From positions 1 to 64,000 of IMG/VR virus record IMGVR_UViG_3300005613_000020: a DNA stretch of 64,000 bases; one strand, given 5' to 3'. Source of the DNA: a virus. How positions within the stretch are numbered: the first letter of the stretch is position 1; the number at the start of each line of letters is the position of its first letter. Of this stretch, positions 18,167-29,421 are shown piece by piece. The position numbers and the translations under genes are program-made. The notes below the pieces were generated by a model. It did no database searches, was not told the DNA's origin, and saw only the letters and a list, made by a program, of their open reading frames with translations.

Positions 18167-18449
18167 GGCTTTAAGCCTCCTTGTGTATTAGGATTATGCG
18201 TATTTCCAAGCTCGGAGTACTTGGAAAATCCGACTTCCTCTCGACAGATATGGAAAGGTTTAACGATACAATCACTGTCCCTCACCACTTCAGAACTGTT
18301 TAGATTGCATCCGTAGAGCAAGCCACTGAGGCGGCATAGCTTGGTACCTAATTTCTTTCCTATCGTTTCTAACATTTTTCCTCCGGTTAGTGTCTGGTAA
18401 CCTGTGGCTTTCTTTCAAAAGCCACGGGGCTTGCCCCGTGGTAGGTTAC
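18167..18449 (-). ncRNA. omegaRNA scaffold
   Basis: ~280 nt between the element end (GTAACCTACCACGGGG...) and the iscB start, the usual omegaRNA position. Confidence 0.8.
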
Positions 18450-19102
18450 TCTCTCTAAGCCACAGCAAAGCATTGACATTTGGATTGCCTTTTAGAAGAA
18501 GGTGGACATACTTCCTAATGTCGTAGGCTACGGAATCCCATTCGTTGTAATCCCTTTGAATGGTTCCTCTATCCTTCTTTCCATAGTTGCATACACCAAT
18601 ATAGTTGGTTAATGGACTAACATAAATGGTCATAATGTCCTTGTCATCAATACCCTCATCTTCCGTATGGGGGATATAGGTTCCATGAGACATACTTCCT
18701 ACATATCCTGTAAGGATACTTCCGTGGGGGATAAGATATTCAGTTTCTTCTAAACTGAGTCCTGGTAGTTTCATTATTTATTCTCCATTTCCACCAGACG
18801 GAACATATATACCTATACATATTCCGCCTACAATAAGATATGCTATACAATTTTCATCGACACCAATCGCAGCTAATATAATTCCAGATGAAAGCAGAAC
18901 TATTCTTATTATTGTGTTCATTATTCCTCTACTTCCACTATATTTTCTATTCTATTTATTTGTGCTATAGTCAGTTCTTTCTCATTGTAGTGACAGCAGC
19001 TTCCAGGACTATGAATAACGCAACATCGTGTATTGTTCTCTCCCTGGACTAGAAAATACTTACCGCATATATCGCACTGATAGATATTCAATATGTTTCC
19101 CA

Positions 19103-19558
19103 TTACTTATTCTCCAATCCTGCTACTCGTTGTAGTTCTTCCCATTCATCGTCTTCATAGATAGTCTTGTAAGTTAACTCAACCCAACCAGCATATCCAT
19201 AAGTCCTCTCCTGTAACCACTTCACAATACCCCTAACTGTCTTATCCCGCTGGGCTACGATTAATTCGTTGTAGTCATGTATATTTCCTGCGATTACGTC
19301 TTCTTCTGTTATCAACAAATCGTCAAGGTTCATCCCTCCTACTTCGACTTGTATAGGAGTTGGTTCTGAATAGACATGCATCCCATATTCCACAACTTCC
19401 TACTGGCATACATCTGAAGCATAGTCAATAGCCTCATCGCGTGTATCAAATTCTCTGTGAAAGTATCCTCCTGGCTCTTGGTTCATATCACCCATTTGCA
19501 TCCATGTGTGCCATTTATAACCGATCTTCTGGACTATCATTCTGTTATCTGCACTCAT
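19103..19558 (-). CDS. hypothetical protein (MSADN...EYG) with in-frame TAG at codon 53 (19400-19402)
   Basis: ATG 19558 behind GGAGGTG; the frame continues DVCQ*EVVEYGM into track ORF 19103-19393. Confidence 0.6.
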
Positions 19559-19692
19559 TATTCACCTCCGCGTCTCTTGCTTATTTTATACCACACTACT
19601 TCCTCCTCAATACGAAATAGCTACCGTATGTAAATATCATCCCCACAAAGTATCTAGTCCAAAACTCATTCGTCTCGAACATCTACCCACCC

Positions 19693-20109
19693 CTATCCTG
19701 TCCATTCTTTATTGTAACGCTCCTTCATGACAAATAACAACCACAGTTGTTCCATCGAGTTACCATTAACACCATAAACCTTTGGCTGATTACCTCTCCA
19801 CTCAAAAACCCATGGCATTGAATAATACGATATTGATATATCGTACTTCTTCCAATCAACCATATCCTGCAATTGGTCCTGTAGAGGTAGCCAAATTGAT
19901 TTATGGTCTACTTCTATTTCCCAACCGTCTGATATTTGAATACCGCTTGGTTTTAACCAAGGATTCTCGCTACCGTATTGAACTGTCTTGTGTTTATGTA
20001 ATAAACATAATTCACCTTGTCTCCAAAAGAAATCACCGTTTCTTTGATCCCATTGTTTTTGTATATCAGGATAACGACACATTTCAATGTAATCATTACT
20101 GATATCCAT
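19693..20109 (-). CDS. conserved phage hypothetical protein
   Basis: YIEMC...IWLPLQDQLQDM...SMEQLWL motif string. Confidence 0.65.
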   Translation of the reverse strand: MDISNDYIEMCRYPDIQKQWDQRNGDFFWRQGELCLLHKHKTVQYGSENPWLKPSGIQISDGWEIEVDHKSIWLPLQDQLQDMVDWKKYDISISYYSMPWVFEWRGNQPKVYGVNGNSMEQLWLLFVMKERYNKEWTG

Positions 20110-20311
20110 TATCTCCCCGCTTTCTTTGTTAGATCGGTAAGCTTATTAAGCAAGTACCTATACTCATTGATATCTCTCTCGTTCTTAGCCCTATCTTCCT
20201 TTGACTTAGGTATTACATCTAGGCAGGGCTTAAGTTCATGGATTCTTCTTATTATTGAAATCTGCTCTACTTTAATCATTATCCTACCTCCTCTATTTCT
20301 TATCTAGATAC

Positions 20312-20348
20312 ATCATACTACGCTAAGGTTAAAGTCCGGGTTACAAAA
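20312..20348 (-). promoter_or_regulatory. repeated 37-bp promoter motif, copy E
   Basis: TTTTGTAACCCGGACTTTAAC-N10-TATGAT, followed by GAGGAGG-ATG. Confidence 0.55.
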
Positions 20349-20627
20349 TAGAGAATATTGGGTGAAAGATAATACCTATTTTTCCATTATCGCGTACTTT
20401 TCTCCATTGTGATTTATAGCTCTATCCTCTTTCCAACCGGAATTGACAAGCTCTAGATACATTGGACCGTTATGCATACATAGCTTCTTCGTTTCGTATC
20501 TCTTTCTATATACGAAACATTGGCAAGCACATAAAACTTAGGATTAGTTTCAGCATGAAGTACATGCTTGCAGCTCCGGCCAAAATTATAACACCGTAAA
20601 GTATTCTATGCATAATTCCTCCTACAA

Positions 20628-21931
20628 TTAACTGTTCCGTGAATTACTAGGTTTTCCATACACAACCATACCCATAACAGAACCTCCGCTGAACCCAGCA
20701 GTAGCTACAGAACCGCATCCATGTTTAGGATAAAAACCTGCTGCTCGTTCTGCCTGAATAAACTGCTCTTGGGTTACTTCTTCCCAATGATCTTGCCACG
20801 CTGATTTTAGATAGTATTTCTCCATTACAACCTCCTTGTAGCTATCTTTCCTACGCTAACCCGCTAGACGGTAATCTAGAAAGTAAGCGTTGGCATGTTA
20901 AGATAGATAAGCATTCAGCACACCTTCTCTGTGGCCATGTGCCATTTTGCATGTACCCCAGCTATAGAAGTGGCTCTTTGGATCTAACTCTCTACCTATG
21001 TCCCTAGCACTGCTGACCATATCTAATGCTTCTTGGTGAGTCTGAAATGGTCCAACAGCTAGCGCAAACCGTTCACCTTCAACTATACTCACATAGTAAC
21101 ACTCACCATCCGTCCAATTTCCTCTTGGCGTAACACCAACTACATCATCAACATTATCATATGGCTCATACTTAGTTGTTTTCATAATTATTCCTACTTC
21201 TCACCACATTCTTTATCATATTCTTCAGAAGAACAAGGAACCCCTCCTAAAGGTAGACCACATCCAGAGCAAAACCAAAGCTGTCTTTCCTCGTTATATT
21301 TAGCGTATTTGCAGATCTCCATTTCAACCTACTCTACATATGGAATCCGTTTATCCATTCCATGTAATCCCCAACCCAATACCTATATTTGCTCTTGGGA
21401 TGGGATTTGCGAAATTTGAATATTCTGTTGCTGTCCCGATATGGACCATTAAGTTCAGCCTGAAGATTCCTGGCTTCTATGAGTGTGTCGCACTTCCTAC
21501 CTCTTATCATCGTGGTTCTCCTTTCGCTTGACAGTCTAGGATAATCCAGTGTTAGGACTATCCTTGAATGTCTAGCCAACCTGTACGATCAGTCTAGTAG
21601 ATGGTTGATACCAGCCGTGTCTTCTGGTAACTCCCTTGGAACCGATGCATGTAAAATCGTAGTACGATGTCTCTTCTGGAGGAACGTCATCTTCAGTCAT
21701 ATAGGGGAGAACAAACTCGTATGACTGTCCAAGATAGCACATTCCGTAGATGGCTCCACAGATAGAGCATTTGTATATTCCTGTAGAAATCTCGTTTTCC
21801 TTGCTTTCGAAGTTATCGCAGCATCGGCATTGATTCGTGGGTCTTTCGTTAAGGTCGTTGGTCATTTCAACCTCCTCTTTATCTTTCATACCTACAGTAT
21901 ACCAGAGAAAGGTTACAAAACAGGTAACCAA
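20628..21931 (-). CDS. cluster of small early hypothetical ORFs (20628-20825, 20898-21185, 21334-21579, 21572-21931)
   Basis: Strong GGAGG RBS sites downstream of promoter copy B. Confidence 0.55.
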
Positions 21932-21932
21932 A
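21896..21932 (-). promoter_or_regulatory. repeated 37-bp promoter motif, copy B
   Basis: TTTGGTTACCTGTTTTGTAAC-N10-TATACT with TGn extended -10. Confidence 0.65.
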
Positions 21933-22049
21933 CGGAAACAAAATGGTGAATGAAAATGAATTTATAATAAAAATAGGAGTAGGGGAGCCTGTTGAAACGA
22001 AAACACAGACCCCCCCTGAACGAAATGAATATAGCCTACACGGAAAAGG

Positions 22050-22508
22050 CTATTCTTTCTCGTACTCTGGAATATCCCTTACGTCATAGTATATCTTTCT
22101 TCCAGCATTTTTTGATCGCTCAAGCTCTTCGTCAGCACCAGCAGACGGACCAAGATAAAGCATTGCATCACACTTATCAAGAAATGCAAAATCCCATTCC
22201 ATGTAATCCCTTACATCCAAGCTCTCATCAATGTACTCTGAGAAATAGTAGTTTAGATGAGGAATAAACGGCCAATGACCCTTTTGTATTACCTCTAATC
22301 CAGCCTGCATAGCCTTCTCAACATTTCTCTCTCGCTGCTTTCTACTAACTAGCTTTCCATTTCGGCTAGTAGTTAATGGACCAGCTACGTAGACCGTCAT
22401 GGATCTATCTGACTTCTCCTTACCAAATATCTTATTGAGTATGCTCACGTTGACCTCCATTTCAATTCTTCCAGTTGCCATCTTCATCAAGTAGTTCAAC
22501 CAAGTCAC
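22050..22508 (-). CDS. NDT-fold protein (DUF4406/DUF1937-like)
   Basis: VYVAGPLT...HWPFIPH...WDFAFLDKCDA...SAGADEE. Confidence 0.8.
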   Translation of the reverse strand: MTWLNYLMKMATGRIEMEVNVSILNKIFGKEKSDRSMTVYVAGPLTTSRNGKLVSRKQRERNVEKAMQAGLEVIQKGHWPFIPHLNYYFSEYIDESLDVRDYMEWDFAFLDKCDAMLYLGPSAGADEELERSKNAGRKIYYDVRDIPEYEKE

Positions 22509-22968
22509 CCACGGCAGTTATAACATCCCCCGGTATGGTATCAAACTCTTCAACTGGATTCTCCATGCTTATAGGGCATTGTTCACTAAGAATAGCTTCC
22601 TTCTTGGCTACCTGTTCTATTACCCTACATATCTTGGCATAGACATGAATATCTCCCAATCTCTCGTCTACACCCTCGACCTTTGCTTCACTTCCTTGGC
22701 ATTTTAGCCACAGCACAGCATCCAATTGCTTGAGCATATAAACCAATGCAATAATCATAGGATCACTCAAGTTTAGTCCTGGATACATGCCAAGTAATCG
22801 TGAGACTCGATAGAAGTTACCCAACGGATGTCCTCCACCTGCATAATCATGGTTCTTGTTGCTGTGAAGCTCTAGTTCGTCTAGAGTAATATCCATGAAT
22901 TCAGGGGCTCCGTATGGAAACTCTTCCCTCAGTCTCGCAATTAGTGCTGCTTTCTCTATATCATCCAT
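22462..22968 (-). CDS. DUF1599-like (nucleotide-modification-associated) protein
   Basis: KNHDYA...PLGNF...ERLGDIHVY. Confidence 0.65.
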   Translation of the reverse strand: MDDIEKAALIARLREEFPYGAPEFMDITLDELELHSNKNHDYAGGGHPLGNFYRVSRLLGMYPGLNLSDPMIIALVYMLKQLDAVLWLKCQGSEAKVEGVDERLGDIHVYAKICRVIEQVAKKEAILSEQCPISMENPVEEFDTIPGDVITAVGDLVELLDEDGNWKN

Positions 22969-22969
22969 T

Positions 22970-23389
22970 CTATACCTCCTCTTGCACGAATTCGTTGGCG
23001 GCTTCTTTGAATGCCTTAGCTACTGCAAAATCACTAGCTTCTTCTGCAAGCCAAGCCTTCTCAAGAAGATACTCTACAATTCCCGCTTTGGCCTTCTCTA
23101 CGGTACTTCTGACAAGCTCCTTCCGGCTTTCTGTGTTTGGATAAAGCTTGTTGACCTCAACTCCTAGCATACCATAGACCTTTTCACATTGGCATTGAAC
23201 CATGGTTTGAGTCATTACCATAACCCAAAGAGCTTGGGTATCCTCTTCGGTTTCACCTGCTAGGTTCTGCTCTTGACATATCTCAGAACAAGCGTTTATT
23301 ACATTCATCTTCTCTTCGTCTGTCAGCAACCATTCGACTGGTGCATCCATCTTTCCCGGTTTCATCATGGTACATTCCTCCCTTTCCAT
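22970..23389 (-). CDS. hypothetical protein
   Basis: Operonic ORF. Confidence 0.55.
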   Translation of the reverse strand: MEREECTMMKPGKMDAPVEWLLTDEEKMNVINACSEICQEQNLAGETEEDTQALWVMVMTQTMVQCQCEKVYGMLGVEVNKLYPNTESRKELVRSTVEKAKAGIVEYLLEKAWLAEEASDFAVAKAFKEAANEFVQEEV

Positions 23390-23958
23390 ATAATTTCTAA
23401 AAACCCCAGCTTTTCAATTCTTCCTGGAACCAAAAGTTGGTCATCAGGAATCAAAATTACTCCTGCTTCATGATATGCCTCTTGAATCATTTCGCTGCAC
23501 ACAACCCATCTATTCCTTATGTGTGGAACTCTAGATGTTGAATGGTGTCTAGCTACATCATACAAAACCTTTATAGAATACCTAAATCCAAATCTTTTAA
23601 TCAATCGCAATGGAAGAAGAAAGTCATATGGTCGTCCTTCCATTTCAAGTCCTGCCATTGCTACGGACCATCTAATATCATCGTCAAGGGTTGGATCTCT
23701 AAGGATCATGATATCCCTCATTCGATACTTCGACTTCAGAACCCTTGCTATAACACCTTTTCTTTCTGACTCAACTATGACATAGCGATTTCCTCTAGCC
23801 GTCTTGGAAAAGATCATTGCAGCATGATTCCATCTGCTCCATGTCAATAGCTGAATTATCCTAGCCGCTAAACCTCGATTATGTACAAGAACAATATCTC
23901 CTGGTTTTAGTTCTACTTCTTTTCTGTTGTTCATTCTCCCTGTCCATGCAACGGGCAT
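23365..23958 (-). CDS. permuted papain-like NlpC/P60 enzyme (YiiX/YaeF type)
   Basis: PGDIVLV...WNHAAM...PYDF...VCSEMI (His before Cys). Confidence 0.85.
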   Translation of the reverse strand: MPVAWTGRMNNRKEVELKPGDIVLVHNRGLAARIIQLLTWSRWNHAAMIFSKTARGNRYVIVESERKGVIARVLKSKYRMRDIMILRDPTLDDDIRWSVAMAGLEMEGRPYDFLLPLRLIKRFGFRYSIKVLYDVARHHSTSRVPHIRNRWVVCSEMIQEAYHEAGVILIPDDQLLVPGRIEKLGFLEIIWKGRNVP

Positions 23959-24304
23959 TCCTCATTCATCCAAAAGCAAAGCTTTCCGTCTATCATAAAT
24001 CCTTGACCATGACCATTATCAAGAATGGCACAACAGCAACCTTTCTTGATTGCTTCGTCACTTCCTGGATTTGGAATTATCTTTTTATCACTCACTAAAT
24101 AACTCCTCTAGATACCATCTTGCTACATACTCCGCCATACACTACCCAAATGACAATCACCATTATAACTAGGTATCCTATTATCGCTAGTGGGAAATCC
24201 TTATTATTCATTTACAACTCCTCTCTTGTAAAATGTTACGAATAGACTAAATACACTCTTTTAGCATGACTGCTTCGTATTTATTCATTACTTACCTCGC
24301 TTTA

Positions 24305-27300
24305 CTATACTACCTCTTCAGCCATTTTTAATATTTCATAATAACGTATAAATCCAAACTTATCTTTCCATTCTACATCAGGATTTTTGTCAAGATAATC
24401 CGCTATTAAATCATGATTTTTTATTGCCTCTTCAAATTTCAGTGGAATAAGCAGATCTGGTCTTATAATGCATAATCCATATTTTTCCCAGCTACCTTTT
24501 CTTATCGTTTCCCACACAATTACTTACTCCCTCTTATAGAACGCTATAAATAGGCTAAAGCTTCTCATGCTATGCAGGTTCCAATAGCCTACATGAATAT
24601 GTCCAAAGTAAAAGTTAAGCTCAAATCGTCTCTTTCCTAGCTTATTCTTCCACGTCTTGGCTATCATTAGTCCTCCAACTGAGCGTCAACTATGGTAGCA
24701 TGTCCAGTATCCAATAGGATTTCTATTGTGTTTACCAAATCACCGTGAACAGATGACTTTATCCAATCGAATGTTTCGTCATCGTATACTTCACAGCTTA
24801 GAGTCAGCAGTTTCATTTATTCATCCTCTTCTTCAATGGTGTTCCACATTATCATTTGGCTTTCAATTATGGCCGGATAATCATCATATTCTTCCTTTGG
24901 TTCCGCAACTCTCAATTGTCCCTGAAGTCCAAACTTTCTCTTTTGTTCTCTTAGCAATGTAACCGCATGCTCCTTGCATAGAGGTAAAGCTATGATCCCG
25001 TCTTTGTGAAAGGCAAAGTACCTAATCACATTTGTACACCCTTCTAGAACACATTCACCCATCTTCTTACTCATAGTTCCTCCTCTTACCATACTTATCA
25101 TATCTAATTCGTAGTCTAGATGCTATACGTTTAATTTGATTAACTGTCCTACCTCTTTGTATTTGTCGAAATCCTTTATTGTTATGGTGTTTTCTGTCTT
25201 TCATACCTATCACCTAAAAGTCAGCAAAATCCAAAACTGGAGCCTTGAACGCCTGAGAAAAATATTCTATATCTTTTTCTAGCTCCTCTGTGGTTTCTCC
25301 ATAGGGATACGCGGGATCAAGAGTACACATGTCTGGCTTTCCTTCATCGTCGTAATAAACCTCGTGAATGGCGAACCATTCAATCTCTTCGTTTCCACGA
25401 TTACAGGTATGTCGTAGTATTCTATGATTCCAAGGCATTAGTATGTCCTACATGTAAATGACGATTCTCTATCTTCGCAATACAGCCTCATAGATATAGG
25501 ATATGGAGGTACTTCCTTCCTTGCCTCATTGTAAGCCTCTTCCACAGCTTCTTTATTCTTGCAGATTGAAGCATGTTTACACCCAAAGCAATACCCAAGT
25601 TCTGAAGTAGTATGTCTCGGATTTAGGGCTCTTCCTAAATATCTAAACAACATTATTACGTACCTCTCTTTACGCAGTAGTAACTCTTCCTTAGCGGTAA
25701 TCCTGGCTTTACCTTTTCATCCTGAACGGGTTTCTTTAGCATGAATTTCTCTGTGGTTTCTACGTATTTGCATATATTGCGATGTTTACACTTCTTGCAA
25801 AAAGAAACGTATTCAAAGACCAGTTTTAGAAATGGTATATTATCTATAATTGCCATGTCTTCTTTCCTTTCAAGGTCAATTGATCGTCTGAGTTACTTCC
25901 TTCAGCCTCTCCGTTTGGTCCATAGGTAAATCCACCCCAAGTCTTAATCTTGTTAGCTGACCATAACTCTACTTGAGCAACATACATTATCCATTCTTGG
26001 TAGCTCATCTTTACCTTTGCTTTATTACCTATCTGCAAAATTACTTCTTTTTTATTTTCGTCATCCTGAACATAGATAAATCTAAAATCTACCTCTGGTA
26101 TATTATCGTCTGTATCGCCCCTGTATTTAATGTACCTTATTACAGCTGATCCAACAAACCACACTGCGATCCATGCTAGGGCAAACACCAACATATTCAT
26201 TAGTCGTCCCTCCATTTGAATCCGCATTCAGGACATATCCTGACTCTTTCTTCGCACCCCTCTTTTCCAATGTTGAAACACCAACAGCATTCAGGACATT
26301 CTATTTTATGGTTCCACACATTCCTTTCCTCCCTATAGTAAAACACCATCATCAACAGAGTGAACACTAAAATCGCTGATACTATCCTTGATACTGTCCA
26401 TACCCAATAATCACTATCCAACGCTCTTGGTAACATAATAAGATGCGCTATTAATAGACATCCTATGTAGTGAAACGATATGTCATTGCTTCTTTTCCTA
26501 TTTAATATGCGATATATTTGGGCTAATGCTCCAAACCATATTAGACAGCTTCCTACCATGTACAGTAAATCAAACATTGTTTATTAACCATATAAGAATC
26601 AATGTTAACAATAGGTTGGTCCAAAGCAACATCCAGTTACGCTTAATCCAAAGCTTAATCCTATACGACTTTCCTTTCCTTTTCTCGTATTTAGAATTTC
26701 TTGGTCTAATAATCTTTACCAATTACCCTACTCCAATTAAGTTTTACTAGATACCTTCTTGGATACTTTAGTGGGCTTAGTCAATCCAATCTGCATTGCA
26801 TCAAAGGCTTCTTGGCAACTTTTTTCCAGGTGAACATATATCCTGTTTGGCTTCTTTCCCTTTGCTAATAAAGTTCCTCCAGGAACACCACAAATAGCAC
26901 ATACATTTATTCTAGAGTTATGTTCAAAAGCTTTCTTCATTAACCTTTCAATTGTAATTGTTTGGTCCTCTGGACTCATTGTGTAGTCGCCAGATCCAAA
27001 CCTTCTATTTGGTTTATTAGCTAGTTTTGCAAGTTGTTGTTTACTTTCTCTTTTCATAGTATTACCTCTGGGTACACATCTCCATTTACCCCACATTTGA
27101 AATCCTCTAATTTTGCTACAACCCTTCGATAGTATTCTCGCATAAGACAAGACATTGTTCCTCGTCTTTCCTTACCAAACTCTGTAAGTAATGATGCTAT
27201 CTCTGAAGCCATAGTAGGATAGTTATAATTCCTTGTGGCTAACATATACTCTGATTCGCAGTAATCCCTTATGGTTTCTAAGTCATCATATATTGCATTA

Positions 27301-28513
27301 GCAGTAGCGTATCTAAGACCGTGTTTTTCTTGTTCCTCTAGAATAACACACGTTATGGCATAGTTAAGCTCTCCGTTTGACCTTGGATTCCTTCTTGCTC
27401 TTTCTCTATCTGCTTGTGGTATATATGGCATGTTAATACACCTCCGTTACTGTGCAATCAATTCCCTTTTCTGTAAGACGCTTATCTACCTCGTCCCTTA
27501 ATTTTCCCATCTCCTCAATAATTACGTCATCAATATAGTTATTAGTCTCAGTGTTTACTTCTCTACTTGCTAACTCTACATGAATTGTTCCTACATAGTA
27601 CATCATGTTACACCTTATACCTTGCCGCTAGAACATCTGCAAAGTGTTATCTTGTAATTCAAATATGTTTCGTAGTTCATAATAACTCCCTCTCAGTAAT
27701 CCAAATGCAATCTCCCTCATAAGAGTACGTCCAGAAATTCTCTATGTCGGCGTTCTCCTCTATGCTTTCTAAGACACGATCCAAACCGTAGTAGACTGCC
27801 ATCTTAGCTAGGTAACACAAACAAAAGTATGCAGCATTATCAAACGATCTATATATCTTTACGTCAACATCTGTGTGTCGATCCTCTACAAAGACTACAT
27901 AAACTACCTCATTCATAGATCAACCCCCTCTACTTTACTAACCATAAAATTACCACTAGTAAATAACGGCTCATCATTATTATTGCCTTGAGACATCTGC
28001 AAAAGCTGCTTTGCCAATAACTTCAACGCATCATCAATGTCCTCTGCGTAGTAGTAAGCGTCTGCTTGTACTCTAAATTTCATATCCATTATCTCGATTC
28101 ACCTTCTTTTATAGATTTAGAAAGTTTGTGAAACGGTTCCAAACCTGTTACTCTAATTACACCAAGTGGTAGGTCTCTACCTAATTTAGTTTCAGCCAGG
28201 TAGTCAAATATCTCCAAGGTAAAGTTCCCATTCTCATCTGCATAATAATCACATCCCATCATTCCTCCAATCCCATAGCTTGTCTTAATTTTTGTGATTC
28301 CCTAGCTAAAGCTACCGCGTAATTCCACTCTGTTGGATTAATTCCTGTTGTAGCATGAGCATATTCGTTTGCTTGTTTGTCTAACCGATCTGCAATCTCT
28401 TCTGCCATATCCAATCGTCCAGCCTTGTAAGACTTGGCATCTTGGGCTTCGAGACAGTCAAACAATGAAGGCATATGTTCGCGCCTCTCTTCATCCGTCA
28501 ATAGTCTGTTCAT
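24305..28513 (-). CDS. run of ~20 small hypothetical ORFs, many under 100 aa
   Basis: Tightly packed minus-strand ORFs with RBS; includes Cys-rich 25438-25653 and 25656-25856, and MPYI-type 27054-27431. Confidence 0.55.
26200..26577 (-). CDS. PQ-loop/SemiSWEET-like membrane protein with C-terminal Zn ribbon
   Basis: AQIYRILNRKRSNDIS, 3 TM helices, CPEC...CPECG. Confidence 0.65.
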   Translation of the reverse strand: MFDLLYMVGSCLIWFGALAQIYRILNRKRSNDISFHYIGCLLIAHLIMLPRALDSDYWVWTVSRIVSAILVFTLLMMVFYYREERNVWNHKIECPECCWCFNIGKEGCEERVRICPECGFKWRDD

Positions 28514-28691
28514 GATTCCTACACCCCATCTGTTTCTACTAGAGATTTAAGAGCCTTGCTCAATTCGTTTAGACCTGATTCTAGTTCACGCAGGGTATAA
28601 ACAAGTCTATCAAGCTTTTCCTGCTCTTTCCTAGCTAAGGAGTTTCCTAATATCCAACCATCTTGTTTTTCTTCTGCCATTCAATTATCTC

Positions 28692-29279
28692 CTATGACGA
28701 TTCACTAGCTATAACCTTTTCTTCGTAAAACTCAATTCTAGATATCTCAATTGTACCCTTCGTAGTCCTAGCAAGTTCTCCTAGCATTACTTCGTTTGGA
28801 ATCATACATTCTCTTGGTATCAAATTAACATCTGTGATTCGATACTTCCAAATCTTCTTCGTTGATACACCCTTTACCTTTGGAGCTTCTATCTTTGCTT
28901 GCTCTTCCTCGTCTTCTTCCTCTCCAGACTCCAAAAGTTCTGCCTTTCTAGCTTCCTCTTGTCGTTCTAGTTCATCCTCGTAGTCAATAAGTCCATTCTT
29001 GATTAACTCCTCAGACTTAGCTAACTTTTCTTCAGCAGGTCTAAATAGGTCCATAATACCCTTCTTTGCTTGGTCAATAGGTTGTGTAAGGCTCTTACGG
29101 ACCTCTACAAGCTCTTTCTTTCTACGTTTTATATCCTTTAGAATATACTTAGCTTGTTCACAATCATCATTACAGGTTATTTGGAATTTCTCTACAATCT
29201 CAAGCTGTACTTCTGCCTGCTTGATTACCTACTTTGTTTCCTTTGATACCTTTGGTTCTTTTATAGCTACTTTACTCAA
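28692..29279 (-). CDS. coiled-coil phage protein (possibly Gam/Gp157-like) with in-frame TAG at codon 17 (29229-29231)
   Basis: TTG 29279 behind AGGAGG; KETK*VIKQ...RKSLTQPIDQAKKGI runs into track ORF 28692-29054. Confidence 0.65.
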
Positions 29280-29421
29280 AATACCTCCTACCTCTATGTC
29301 CTAATTAACTCAGATCTTCCACAACAAGTTGGATCTGGACATTCATCAAAACTATTACCAGTATCCACAGCAGCAAATACTAGACCACATTTTGTACACT
29401 TAAAAACCACTGTATTAGTCA

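Larger units (their letters stand above)
16911..18449 (-). mobile_element. non-autonomous IS200/IS605-family (ISC) element: omegaRNA + iscB
   Basis: Identical subterminal hairpins CCACGGGGCAAGCCCCGTGG at both ends; no target duplication; no tnpA. Confidence 0.92.
16510..18774 (-). pseudogene. Pol-beta superfamily nucleotidyltransferase (RlaP/YcgL-like) split by an IscB element (5' part 18774-18450, 3' part 16910-16510)
   Basis: GSMSHGT...DKD, KGNPN in the 5' half; GYAYGQ, KNAAHLVR, IKRGEW in the 3' half; the halves rejoin in frame to 241 aa. Confidence 0.88.

Noticed and set aside
18151-18375. 74-aa ORF upstream of iscB
   Set aside because: It lies within the omegaRNA and shows no TnpA (HUH/Y1) motifs.
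16911-18449. IscB element as a group I IStron
   Set aside because: The 5' exon ends in A and the element ends in T, not U and G, and there is no room for a ribozyme core besides the omegaRNA.
20854-20895. attC-like element TGCCAAC...GTTAGCG after ORF 20898-21185
   Set aside because: Only 42 bp, the internal CTAGA/TCTAG stem is out of register for L boxes, and no matching core was found at the gene's 5' side.
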